From assembly GCF_036365525.1 (NCBI RefSeq), contig NC_090400.1, forward strand, positions 30,834,534-30,898,533: a stretch of 64,000 nucleotides of DNA, written 5' to 3'. A program made the position numbers and the translations under genes. Under the pieces are notes generated by a model that had not been told where the DNA came from, did not search any database, and worked only from the letters and a program-made list of their open reading frames with translations. Of the stretch, positions 1 through 12,242 are shown one piece after another. Source of the stretch: Heterodontus francisci (Eukaryota). Every line of letters begins with the position of its first letter. Within the stretch, counting starts at the first letter, position 1.

Positions 1-31
1 TATCTTGTGCGCAATGTTCCAGAGATAGCTG

Positions 32-371
32 GTTTAGTTTAGTTTAGAGATACAGCACTGAAACAGACCCTTCGGCCCACCGAGTCTGTGCCGACCATCA
101 ACCACCCATTTATACTAATCCTACACTAATCCCATATTCCTACCACATCCTCACCTGTCCCTATATTTCCCTACCACCTACCTATACTAGGGGCAATTTA
201 TAATGGCCAATTTACCTACCAACCTGCAAGTCTTTTGGCTTGTAGGAGGAAACCGGAGCACCTGGAGAAAACCCACGCAGACACAGAGAGAACTTGCAAA
301 CTCTACACAGGCAGTACCCGGAATCGAACCCGGGTCGCTGGAGCTGTGAGGCTGCGGTGCTAACCACCGCC
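32..371 (-). mobile_element. HE1-like V-SINE (tRNA head, V-domain, CR1/HER1-derived tail)
   Basis: Minus strand reads GGCGGTGGTTAGCACCGCAGCC...GGTTCGATTCC (A/B boxes), then the V-domain TGCGTGGGTTTTCTCCAGGTGCTCCGGTTTCCTCC and a tail GGGCCGAAGGGTCTGTTTCAGTGCTGTATCTC(TAAAC)n. Close copies lie at 44858 and 60737. Confidence 0.9.
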
Positions 372-476
372 TACCTGAAGTTGAGGCTCACTTCCAAGTT
401 GAACAGAATGCCAAGGTTGCACACTACTGAGTTCAGCCCAAATGGGCAATCAGAGAGGAAAATGGAGTGAGAGCCA

Positions 477-706
477 AATTAAAATCTTTTTGATAGCTGT
501 GCTATCAGTAAATCTCTTTTTTTGTGACCACCGCTGAATTCAGGCCTGCTGCTTTACGAAGCGATAACCTATTGGACATCTTTTTTAGAAGAAATTTTGA
601 CATTCAGAAATTAGGTCGTCGCTTCATAAAGCAGTAGCCCTGAATTCAAGGGTGGTCACAAACAAAGAGATTCACTGATTGCAGAGCTATCAAAAAGATT
701 TTAATT
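477..706. repeat. Long inverted repeat (95-bp arms, 40-bp spacer)
   Basis: 477-571 (AATTAAAATCTTTTTGATAGCT...GAAGCGATAACCTA) is the reverse complement of 612-706, with scattered substitutions. Confidence 0.92.
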
Positions 707-1019
707 CTGATTATACGTGACAGCTCCATGGGGTATTAAGTAAAAGTAATCACTCCACGATGTCAAAAGAAAAGGGAGATTCTTCTAGTAAATGTGAGAT
801 ATTGTCATCTTGTTTAATAGTTTAACTGCCAACGGGAATATGCAAATAAGAATTGATAACTGGTGGATGCAAGTTATTGCAGCTGTGCTGCATTTCCCAA
901 ATCGTTCTGTTAACACACTGAGCAGTCATAAATGAGTTGTGTCAGGCAGCATTGGTAAATCCAACAGCAGAACAGCAACTCAAAAATTGGGCTATAGGTT
1001 GTTCCAACTCAAGCATTAC

Positions 1020-1140
1020 AAAAGGGGTTATGAGGATAGAGTGGGCAAAAGGCATTGAGGTGGATGATCAGCCATGATCATATTGAATGGCAGGGCAGGC
1101 TCGATGGGCTGAATGGCCTACTCCTGCTCCTATGCTCCTA
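1020..1140 (+). mobile_element. CR1 LINE 3' tail fragment
   Basis: GATCAGCCATGATCATATTGAATGG...GGGCTGAATGGCCTACTCCTGCTCCTATG, the same 3' end seen on other CR1 copies here. Confidence 0.8.
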
Positions 1141-1339
1141 ATACACTGAATCACAGTATCCATTCCTAGGTGGATAAAAACTGACCCCAAGCTTGACAAT
1201 GACATAATCTAGGAATAGCTTAAAGGAGGCTTTATCTGTAATTCTCTGCACACTAGAGGACTGTACAGGCATTGGGCATTACTAATCATGTCTTTATCTT
1301 AGGTTCAGTGCTTCTGAAACCCTATTCATGCCTGAATCC

Positions 1340-1650
1340 ACCCAAAGGTCAATTTTTCAAATGTCTTTCTTGCTGGCCTACCTGAATCAATCATTTGTAA
1401 CTTCACTTCAATCTAGAAAGTTGCTTCCCAAGTCTTGTTTTGCATAGTCATCCTGCCTGTCAGACATTCCATGGAATTAATTCAAGGCTCTCCTCCTTAT
1501 ATCTTTCCATGGCCTCCCTTCATCCTTGGTCTCTGGATTGCTACTTGTTCTCCACCTTGAAGATTATTTTTTGTAGAACTGATTTGCCTCACCACCTCAC
1601 TGCCTTAAAAAAAGCTAAAATCCACCTCCTCCCCCAAATTTTCTCTCCCT
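1340..1650 (+). mobile_element. Degenerate L2-like LINE 3' fragment
   Basis: CTTGCTGGCCTACCTGAA encodes LAGLPE, resembling the L2 ORF2 LAGLP...LQLIQN region. Heavily decayed. Confidence 0.4.
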
Positions 1651-2004
1651 TATTCTCTTTCACTAAATAACATACATTGCCATCATCAAGTTCCTTCTCT
1701 ACCTACACCATACCCACCTCTCCCCTTCCAAGAGCAATATCAATTTGAGTTGTTGAGAATGAAAAAAAACTTTTAGCATTTTGCAGTTGGCTCTTAAATG
1801 CAGGACTGTTCTTTAATTTCAACTGTGGAATGCCTTGAGTTCCTCACAAACAGGCCTCTTGTTGAGTAAACCATCATGTATTATCCTTTCACGGATTGTG
1901 GAATAAAAAGCTTTTAATTCATATTAAAATTGACAGCTGCATGAGGTAGTCAGTAAAGGTAATGAGTCCATGGATACCAAAAGAAGGGAAGAGATTCTGA
2001 CAGT

Positions 2005-2134
2005 ATTTGTGAGACGAAAGCAAAGTACTGCAGATGCCGGAAATCTGAAATGCTGCAAATACACAACAGGTCAGGCAGCATCTGCGGAGAGTGGGAAACA
2101 GTATTAATGTTTCAGGCTGATGACCTTTCATCAG
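2005..2134 (-). mobile_element. Penelope-type terminal repeat with minimal hammerhead-like motif
   Basis: Minus strand CTGATGA-A-AGGTCATCAGCCT-GAAACATT...CAGATGCTGCCTGACCTG...CAGATTTCCGGCATCTGCAGTACTTTGC. CAGTA on both sides. Absent from the paralogous copy at ~785. Confidence 0.7.
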
Positions 2135-2479
2135 TAAATGCTAGATGTTGCAATCTTTGTCTAAATGTTTAACTGCCAATGGGGTGGAAATAGCAAATAA
2201 CAATCATTGGTTGACTGGGTTCAGTTAATTGAAGCTGTTCTGTATTTTTCCCAAATAGTTCCAATAAAACACACTGCGTACTGGTATATTATTCACACAA
2301 GGCAGTATTCATATATCTGGCAGCAACACCGCCAGCAAATAATTGCATCAGTTATACATTAAATTACAGATCTCTTATCATCTATGAAGTTACTAAATCT
2401 ATTCCAAACTTTCCATTATATCCTCCTGTGGATGATGATAATATTCAAATACCTAGTTTAATTTCAGCTATGTCTTTTG

Positions 2480-3212
2480 AAGTGTACATAATAAATGGTA
2501 GGGTACTGAGAAATGTAGAGGAGCAGAGGGACATTAGAGTGCATGTCCACAGATCCCTGAAGGGAGTAGGACAGGCAGGAAAGGTGATTAAGAAAGCATA
2601 TGGGATAATTTATTCGCTGAGGCATAGAATATAAGATCAGGGAGGTTGTGCTTGAACTGTATAAAACACTAGCTAGGCCGCTGTTAGAGTACTGCATACA
2701 GTTCTGGTCACTGCATTACAGGAAGGAAGTGATCACACTGGAGAGGGTATAAAGGAGATTTATGAGAATGTTGTAGGACTGGAGTATTTTACCTAGGGGA
2801 AAAGATTGGAGAGGCTGTATTTTTCCACCTTAGGAGCAGAGGAGGCTGAGGGGAGATTTTAAGGGCGGTGTATAAAACTGAGGTGCCTAGAGTGAATAGG
2901 AATGACCTATTTCCCTTAGCAGAGAGGTTAATAACAAGGAAGCATAGATTTAAAGTAACTGATAGAAGGATTAGAGGGGAATTGAGAAGTTTTTCACTCT
3001 GAGTATGGTGGGGGTCTGGAACTCACCGCTTGAAAGGGTGATAGAGACAAAAACCCTCATTGCATTTAAATGGTACTTGGATATACACATGAAGTACCAG
3101 ATGAGCCAAGAGCTGGAAAGTGGGCTTCGGCTGGATAGCTGTTTCACGACTGGTGCAGACATGATGGGTCAAATGACCTTCTTCTGTGTTATAAATACTT
3201 ATGATTCTATGA
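2480..3212 (+). mobile_element. 5'-truncated CR1 LINE (ORF2 C-terminus and tail), decayed
   Basis: Translated pieces VLRNVEEQRDIRVHVHRSLK...KVIKKAYG, LYKTLARPLLEYCIQFWS and VWNSPLERVIE are typical of CR1 ORF2. Confidence 0.9.
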
Positions 3213-5135
3213 TAGGACTGGTAAAAATCTGCAGTGCTGTGCTGAAGATTTCCCCTTTCTCCAAGACAGTTTCCCCTCCACACTAAGAACCACCTCCACC
3301 CTTGCAAGAATCCACCTTGCTAATTTGTTTTTCTGTTAGGTATCCAATTGGCACATCAGGGGTGCCACCTGCTTGATGTTTTATAGGGGTCAACAGACTT
3401 GTTTCCTGCTTGTTAATGTGCTAAACCGTGCTTAGGATGACTGAGCACTGATTGGAGATTGCTTACCACCACCTGCTGTGCACTAAGCTGCTCCCTATTA
3501 GATAATGCCATGTTCCTGCATGGTTGGTAACCGACTGCATTTCCTACAAATGCGTGCAAAGGGCATTTCTGCCCAGTTGGTAGAAACTCCACCCCTTTGA
3601 AAACAGCTGTAACTCGCAAAAGGCTAAATGCTGCATATTTACAGCAAATGGATCTGAAAGAGATTTAAAGTGAGGAAAACCTATGACATAAATCCAGTCT
3701 AGCTGTCTCAAATATTTAGGCAGGGTATTATTAGAAGATATCTCCTAATTTATACAGAGAGACAAGCCCAGTTTTATCAGATGGCTAAATTACAGCTATG
3801 AATGGAAACATGGATGCATCTAAGTTTCAAATACAAGGAATGCTCTAAAAAAATGAAAAACAGTTTAACGTTTATTTATTTGAACAAATATGCTTCCCTT
3901 TGAGATGTCTAGAAATTTTTTAAAAATAAAAGGCTTGATATTTTTCTTTTACATATAGGTCTTAAATTCTGCTGATGAATTATTGAAAAACTGAAACATT
4001 CAACCATGCTCTTTTAAGGTAGGTGCAGATTTTACATTGTGTAACTCTAGTTGGCAAATTAAAAGTGGTTTTAAGATACAATAACATGTCTTTATATGAT
4101 CTAACAGCTGCTCACTGACCTGAAAGCCATATAAAATTATATTATAATGAATCACTCACATCCACTGAACTCTTGCATGCTGCCAATGCTCTGATTTTGA
4201 AATTTCTCCCTAGCCTATATCCAATGGATTGCTTCCCCTACACTGCCTCAACCGCAATTATAGGCAGTACTCCCTTAAAGCACCATTGTCATATTTCCAC
4301 ATTATACAGCATCTATCTAGGTTTCAGGCCTCTGGGTGGGACTGCTTAATTAGAGACCAGTGTGCCAAAACAGAGGTCATTTTGTGTCGTCCACTGGGAA
4401 CTGAACTGAAGCTACCCAAACTCATTTCATGTAACTAATTACCTTTACTAATTGTCAAAGGGTGCAAACGTCATCTTCTGGCTTTGGATTGGATTTCAGT
4501 TCGGGTTGTTGAAGAGAAAAATTGTTGTTAGTACACTGCATTTTCCTCCTCCTTCCCACTGTTAATAGATTTGAATTCTGTTGGCCCTACCGCTGCCTAA
4601 ATTAGAACTGTACATATTTTTTGGTATCTTCTACAAAGGTTAGGTTAGAATGTCAATACAGTTAGCAATGATTTGAACCATTAACAACTACTTACAAGAC
4701 CTATTTTGTGATTTATTCCATTAATATAATGACATTTAACCCATGAATCAGTTTGGGCAATAATAGATCAAAGTGCTATCGAAACTCACGGTTTCCTGGA
4801 ATGTTACAAAGAAAATAACTGCTTAAAAGTTTATAAATAGACTATAAATCCACTATACATTTCAATTTGAGAACAGGTGATTTATTTGCAAATTATAAAT
4901 CAGGATATAATTGTGGGTCAGACAAGGGAGCTCTTATTTCAGTTGTTCTCAGGTTGTGAGTGCAGCTTGTAGGATTACATTTATTGCCCATCTCATAGTT
5001 GCCCTGAATGTATTTAAAATTGCTTCAGAGGGCATTAAGAGTCAATCACATTATATGGTACAGGATTCATATGTAGGTCGGACTAGCAGGGTTTTTATTT
5101 TCATGAAGGACATTAGTGAACCAATTAAGTTTTTT

Positions 5136-5996
5136 GGTCATTGATCTGAAACATTGGCCGGGATTTTATTCAGGTGACGGGGTCTTGACCCCAAGCTAAT
5201 GTGTCAGTGAGAAACCGGCATCGCCCCTTCTGTGGGATGCCTGCCGAATCAAGTGCCAGTTAGCCACATAATTGGACAGCAGCAGGCCTTCCACAGGATC
5301 AGGAACCCCGGCAACGGAAGTCTCACCCTCTGAGAGCTGCTGGCCAATCAGAGGCTGGCAGTTCTTTAACTGAGCAGCGCCACTGCAGATGCAGTGTCTG
5401 CTGCTGGTGGAACACCCACCCGAGGCTTAGGAGCAGCTCTGGACCCAGGCCACAGGTAGGTCAGGATGGGGGGGGTCTCGCGGGGGAGGGGTTGTAGGGG
5501 GGGTCGGCAGCAAGGGCAGGAGCTGGCTCTCAGTGGGTCTCCCCCGCCTTCCTAATGTCTTGTCCCTATTTCAGGCACTGTGCCTTTTAACGAGGGAACT
5601 CCACCCCCAACCCCCCTCTCCCCAGAGCTGGCATGCAACCGGCACGATTTTTCTTACTGGGCTCCCCGTGCAGCGACAGCCCGCCTGCTGCTGGGCTAAT
5701 TGTGGTGGTGGGATGAAGCCCTTATTTGGGCATTAGTTGCCCACTTAAGGGCCTCAATTGACAGCGGGGTGGGAAGGCCGTTCACAAGCCTTCGCACCCA
5801 AAAGCTAATTTCAGCAGATTACATGTGCCCGATTACATGCTCTCCCTGCCTCCAAAACTGTCAGTGGGGGGGGAGCATAAAATTCTCCCCATTAACTCTC
5901 TTTCTTTCTCTATAAATGCTGCTTGACCTGCTGATAATTTCCAGCATTTTCTGTTTTTATTTCAGATTTCCAGCATCTGCAGCACTTTGCTTTTGT
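5136..5996 (+). mobile_element. Penelope-type terminal repeat, interrupted by a MITE
   Basis: GGTCATTGATCTGAAACATT | AACTCT...ATGCTGCTTGACCTGCTGA...TTCAGATTTCCAGCATCTGCAG. Flanked by a near-TSD, ATTAAGTTTTT (5124) / ATTATGTTTTT (5997). Confidence 0.75.
5156..5890. mobile_element. PIF/Harbinger-type MITE
   Basis: Imperfect TIRs GGCCGGGATTTTAT / ATAAAATTCTCCCC, 3-bp TSD ATT and a GC-rich non-coding body. Removing it restores GAAACATTAAC of the host repeat. Confidence 0.8.
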
Positions 5997-8018
5997 ATTA
6001 TGTTTTTAAGACAATCTGGCAGCTTTCATGGCTTTTATTGTCCGGTGCTAACTTCAAGTTGCAAGAGTTATTAAATTCAGGACCTCAGTGTTGATAGAGC
6101 TGCACAATAACCACTGCACAGTCATCTCCATCAGTTACATTGGTAGTCAATGGCCAGAGATGCGGAGGAACCACAAAATAACATGATTTTAATGGTGGTA
6201 TGCTGGCAAACTTATTGGAGCATTAAAAAGTGGCACTGCAACACAGGAAACACAGACTGAATCCTGCACACCGCTGAAGTCCCATTCTCAGGCAAGGAGT
6301 TGTGGACAGGCACTGTCTGGGTGGCAAATACAATCCCACCTGGAAGGACAGAAGGTTAATTTGGAAAGAGGTTACTTTCCACTATAGCTGTCTTTAAAAA
6401 CGGTATAAGCGGACACTTGAAGCAAAAGTTGCAATGAAACGCTTCCATAGGAGATGCATAGGTACTCCGTAATTCTTTTCAAATACAAATACAGCATTTT
6501 CTTAAATGTTGGCATTAAGGGACATACTTGGTTCCATATGTCCTGAATGAGAATGCAGAACTCCTTATCCGAGAGATCACCTGCTAAAATCATTTTACAC
6601 ATAGTAACAATGTCATGACTTTCCTGGCATTAAATTACTAAATGGGTCCTCAGTGTTATTCAGTTACAGATGCCAGACTGGTTGGAACCAATGTTGGCTG
6701 CAGGTGAGTTAACTCCACAGGCAAACAAGCTGTTTGAAAAAAAGAGTAATTGATGCAAAAGAGTAGGTGATATTAAAGGCAAATAAGAAGTCCGAGAAAT
6801 ATAAGACAGAAGCACAAGAGGATAGAAAACAGTTTGCACTAATGTAGGAAATTTCTAAAACCTATATATGTAATATCATCATTATGCATCGGGTGCAAGC
6901 TAGATATATTGTGGAAATCTCCCAGTTCTGTTCACACAGTTCATTAGGTTTTTCTTATGATGCACTGTTAAAACTAAAAGCCAGCTGTGACCAGAGATTG
7001 CTGTTGTCACATTGCATAAAAAAGCTGCATATTTTTACTATTCCTTTATAGGAGCTTATGGATGGTGGCACTACAATTTGGCTATCGTTATGACTGAGAA
7101 CACAGGCTGGTCAGTTGGAATATACACATCTGTGGCTCATAACTACATAAATAGAGTATCTTCGAGTTTGTTTCCTTTTCTAGTGTCTTGAATTCTATTT
7201 GAGGAATTTATGCACAACTTCATACTGGATATGGGAGGGGGAACTTCCTCAGCTTATTGTTTGTAAGCTGCTACCACTCTTGCGTCAGCTGTGACTGCCT
7301 TGTTTAATCAATTAGTCAGTTAAGGGATCAAAGACTAATAATCTCCCCGACCCTAAAAAAAGAGAATTTGTTTAAAAACGTTGAAAATGGTCTGAGAGAA
7401 GGAGACTGAGCTTCTTGTTTGGGATTGTTGACACAACAGGGGATTTGATTCTGGTTCAGCTGGCATTTTAGGCTGTCTGGAGCTGGTGTTGATTGAGAGC
7501 TTCTTGTAGCTCGGAGCTTGTCTAGCAGAAATATAAACTTGAGCCTTCTCTCAGTTCAATAGTTAATTTCAGTCCTTGTCAGGTAACAGTGATGAGGAAT
7601 GGAATGAAGATTCTCCATTTTACCAGGTTCATACATAAACATTTCCTCATGGCCAAATTACAAGAAATTATTGATGCTTTGCAACATCTTGTAATTTTGA
7701 AATCAGTTTTGTAAACTAAGTAAAAGGCAGTGATTTGTCATCCTAATGTTAGTTAACTATTATTTTCTGCTAATTTTTCTAATTCTTAATAAACCTGATT
7801 TGTAATTTATAGCCCTAAATATATGGTCTGTCAATTCACCAGTTCCAGAGATGCTGCCATGAGTTTGCTTGATACACAAGGGGTTCAATCCCTCACCCTG
7901 GAAATGCTACCTCTTGTATTACTTTGCACATAAGGAAATGTTTAGGTTTATAGGAAGCAGGGTTTGTCTGGGGAAAGAGAACTTTGTATTGGGTATAAAA
8001 AAAAATCAGAGTCAAGAA

Positions 8019-8125
8019 TGAGTTTCCTACATTACAGCAGTGACTCCTCTTTAAAAGTACTTCATTGGCAGTAAAGCACTTTGGGAAGTCCAGGGTCATG
8101 TGATATAAATGCAAGTCTGTCTTAC
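8019..8125 (+). mobile_element. SINE 3' tail (probable Deu-SINE family)
   Basis: TTTCCTACATTACAGCAGTGACT...AAAGTACTTCATTGGC...ATATAAATGCAAGTCT. Homologous pieces at 10288-10380 (-), 21873-22725 (-) and 55388-55505 (+). Confidence 0.7.
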
Positions 8126-9489
8126 TTTGAATTGCAATATCAGCTTGCTCGTGAATCGCTGTTCTTCAGGTAAACAAACAGATGTCTTGCGCAATGTACA
8201 TCTTCAGCTACTGAGCAACAGTTGTAAAAGACCACTTCAACAGCAGTGAATAATGGATCCATGAGATCCTGTTAGCAAAATGAGATGAGATAAAATAAAG
8301 GAATAAAACATACAGATGTAAACAAGCACATCAAAGCAATTCATTCAAATTGAAATTAACTAAGTGCGTAAAAGCATGCGCTGAAAAGCTTATTAAAATA
8401 AGATGATGGTTTGGAAACTCCATCAACTGCACAGCCTTAACAATAATTTACATAAATTTCAAATTTTACTCAGTTAGTACCATGAAAGCAACTCTTTTCT
8501 GCCTTTCTGTTGTCAGTTTCATGTCTTTTGTGATGATGCCACTTTAACAGATTATAAGAAGCACTTTTTTTGCAGTTACCATTATTCAGTTAATATACTG
8601 ATGGTTTTTGATATACTGGGGATATGGAATAAAGATAAACATAAATATACAATTAGCATGTGAAAGCTGAGACGGGTATGGATGTACTTCATAGCAAAGC
8701 CTTACACTATTTGTATGATTGATATACATTATTTATATGGTTCCCACACATATCTAAAGAAAAATGAATGTCAGCTCCTCCATCGCCAACATAGCTTAAA
8801 CAACTCACAGAAATTGATTCCTCTTGTTCTGATGGCCGTACAAAACATATTGCTCACAGAAATACATGTGCAGGAGTCAAACTGAATTAAACAGCTGATG
8901 CAACTGAATCATTAGCTTCTACTTACCCACCAGCAAATACAACAATTGTATTACAGCCGAACTCTTTTTCACTGGCAATAGTTTGCAATTCAATCTCAGT
9001 GCTATGCTTCCGTCCAAAGACTGATGCTGGTAAATAACATGTATATAAATGCTAATGGGCATTATGTAGTATAATGTGTCTAGGTTTTACAGACATATTC
9101 ACAGTGTAGTGATTGTCCTTTTATTTTCTGCTTTTGTAATCCCTGCACAAAAATAATATAACATAAGAATACGAGACTATTCCGGATCCTCCTGCCCCAC
9201 CAGGAAAGTCAGAAAAGTGAAGTGACTTATCTTTTTTGGTCTTCCCGCCACTTATTTCTGCCTGGTAGATCTTCAGGAATGCCACAAGTACTTCCCCATT
9301 CAATTATAATAACAGTTATATCCGAGTGACTTAGTTAAAGAAGGATCCTGAAAGTTTTCATCAGGTGTTCCCTCTCTCTGGGCAGGTTAAAATTGGAATC
9401 TATGAATTCAGTGTAGAACATTAGCGAGTGAGTCCCATGGGTGATATTAATATGCCAGCCTGGTTTCTGTCTATTGTTTGTACTGGTTA

Positions 9490-9745
9490 GTAAGACAGTA
9501 ACAAGTGGTCACAAATTCAAGATAATCACAATAATTCTTTCCATAGAGGATGATATAAGTGTGAAATTGTCAGCAACAACTGTTGTTGCTGCAGAGTCCA
9601 TGAGTATTTTTAATAAAGAATTAGACAGTTTCCTTCAAAAGAGGAATGTTAGAAGGTATGGGGAGCAAACAGGAGAGTGGGATTAGAATAGATGAGATGC
9701 TTTGGTGGACTGAGTGGCATGTTTCTGTGCTGGCTATTCTATGAT
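9490..9745 (+). mobile_element. Degenerate CR1 3' fragment
   Basis: TSGHKFKII...VVAAESMSIFNKELDSFL...YGEQTGEWD in ORF 9441-9686. Confidence 0.7.
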
Positions 9746-11129
9746 CTGTCGGAACCCTTCCATGGATGGAACCTACTGAGTATTACTGTTATCCAGTTTA
9801 GATTTTCAGTACTTGCAGTTTTTTTCCCTTTTAATACCTGTGCAGTTATCAAGCATGTAGATAAATCTGCTGCAAACTTGAAACTCGCAGCTGTGCCACC
9901 CGTAATATTGTGTTTCCCCAATTCCACATTCAACAGCTGAAACACTGGGGGGATGGAAGAGAAAGAAGAATTAATGGAATATTCCCAAAGTCCCAAGAGA
10001 CACCAAAGCAGTGATATGGAACATTAAATTCAGTGCTCAACAATAGATTACATTTATATCATACTTTTTAACCTACAAGATGTGCTCAGGCACTTTACAG
10101 AAGAAAAATAGGATAATAACACCTAGTGGTAAATTTAAGAGTGTCTTCTCTTACTGAATGCCGGAGCAGGCTTGAAGGGCCAAATGGCCTACTCCTACTT
10201 CTATTTCTTATGTTCTCATGGCTAAACCTATTCTCTCAATTTAAACAAAACCTGCAGATTCCCTATGTAATAGGATAGACTTAAAAGAGTTGCATTTACA
10301 TAGTGCCTTTTACATCTTCAAGGCAACCCAGAGCACTTCATTGCCAATGAATTACTTTTGAAGTATAGTCACTGTTGCTATTTTGTAGACAAAATTTGTT
10401 GCCAATATGGAAAGCCAGACAGAACCTTATGAACTCAAGTGTATTCTGAAAGCAACATTAACAATAAAAAATGAGCTACAATGGTGAACTGTAAAAACAA
10501 CACACTATTTATTTGTGAAAGTTATAGCAGAATGCAGCCTGAGGCAACTGTGACAAGGACTGATGCATCTAAAGTTTCTCAAGGGCAACATGCCAGAGGA
10601 TCCGTGCAAAGGTGCTCCCAGCCCAGACCCTTCCTACTGACTAATGTATGCTCCAGCAGGCCCGATTCAGCAAGCATTATTAATGGTGTATTTGTTTCTG
10701 CACTCAAGGAACAGAATTCCAGACGGTGATACTCCCTTGGGGAGAGGTCTGAAGGCATGAGAAGCAGTGGGTAAATTTACACCACTGGTATTTATATCTA
10801 TATTGCTTTGATGCAGAACATTTAAAATGCAGCTGGACTGGCCTTTCTTATTTCTGCTATAAACAAAGAAAATCATGGAAGAGAAGTTCTGACTCAAGTG
10901 CTAATGATTCTTTTGAGGCAGTTCTGGTCAAGGTTGACTGATCATATTTTGGCAGTAATCTAGAGGAGGGATCTGTGTGGGGAAGGATAATCTTATCCAG
11001 CCCAATGATCAAAGGCTACAAGTCCTATCACAAGGCAGATGTAGACTTTCCAGAATAGTGCCACCACTGACCAAGAGAACCAGGGATGCAAATGTACACT
11101 GTTAATCAGATTTTATAATTACAGTTATG

Positions 11130-11540
11130 AGGGCAGAATGAGATACTGGGAGTATTTCCACTGGATCAGAGAAGGGTAAGAATAGATTAGAGGCTTTTAA
11201 TATTAGGAAGGATTTTGATAGGATGAATAGAGAAAGACTATTTCCTCTGGATGGGGAGGTTAGTGCTGAGTGGTCATCAATTCAAACTTCTCACAGGATG
11301 AGGAGAGAGTTTAGGGGAAATTTCTTTGCATGATTGGTTGTTGGAGTTTAGAACACTTTGCCATTAGATATAGCTGATGCATATACAATTACATCGCTTA
11401 AGGGAAAATTGGATAAATATCTGAAGCAGAGGAAGATTCAGGTGTAAGGTGAGAGAGAAGTGCACTTGGACTAGTTCTGAATTGTTCTAGCAAAGAGATG
11501 GCACAAAAATAACTTCCTTCTGTGCTGTAAACTCTATGGT
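11130..11540 (+). mobile_element. Degenerate CR1 3' fragment
   Basis: GATAGGATGAATAGAGAAAGACTATTTCCTCTG...GGAAAATTGGATAAATATCTGAAG, CR1 ORF2 end followed by the tail. Confidence 0.7.
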
Positions 11541-12242
11541 AATATCTTGAGGACTCTTGCTATCCCAGTGCAGTTTAATTGGTTTAACCAAGCTGAGTAG
11601 CTGGATTTTTTTTGACTGAAGAGAGCTTGGCATGAGAAATGAATGGATAACATCACAGCCAATACTTCTCACAGTTATTTACTGGTTTTCTTAGTGTTGG
11701 AGACAACATGCTATTTGTCACCCACTGCTCAAAGCTGTCTATATCTGCCTGCATTGATTCAGTCACTGGCTGTTTCTCAGATGGCAAGATGAGCAGTCCA
11801 TTGCGAATGCAGTCAGTTAGTTCTTACTGTACTATGGATGAGTTTACTCTGGACATAATTGGATTTTGGTGGTTGCCAAAGAGTTTATCCATTTGTCAGC
11901 AGCTTTTCCTGGTACAATCATCACGCTTCCACCATTCAATTGGCTGAAAATCAATCTTTGCAGCCACAGAATATTTTTGGGAGTTGCTCCCAGGGCTTTA
12001 AAGGTTGTTTTATTTTTAGGTTGATGAAAAGAGTAAAATTCAAGTTAAAAATTGGAGAAAGAGTGAGCAGAAGTGAAGTGGGCAAAAGTCTTTGTTTAAA
12101 TTTTAAATGTTTTCTGTGGGCTAATGAATAAATAAAGCAATTCCTGGCAATTAAGTATCACTGTAACAGCATCTGGCTCAGCACCAGTGTGTGCCTGCTG
12201 GTATTTTAAGGGTTAAGAGAACATTGTTTTTGTGATCCGGAA

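Larger units (their letters stand above)
698..2335 (+). repeat. Diverged direct duplication (copies ~698-980 and ~1911-2335)
   Basis: Collinear blocks shared by both copies: TTTTAATTC, TGACAGCT(C/G)CATG, AGTAAA(A/G)GTAAT, AGTAAATG, GTTTAACTGCCAA(C/T)GGG, TTTCCCAAAT, AACACACTG. Copy 2 carries an extra Penelope-type insert. Confidence 0.7.
4972..6125 (-). mobile_element. Degenerate tRNA-derived SINE (second family), split by nested insertions
   Basis: ATTTATTGCCCATCTCATAGTTGCCCTGA matches the reverse complement of the LINE tail at 22585-22615. The body GAAGGACATTAGTGAACCA resumes as TTTTTAAGACAATC after the insert. Confidence 0.5.

Noticed and set aside
300-371. tRNA genes at SINE heads (also ~45130-45192 and ~61045-61154)
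   Set aside because: A/B boxes are present, but they run into SINE bodies and I could not see a full cloverleaf or terminator.
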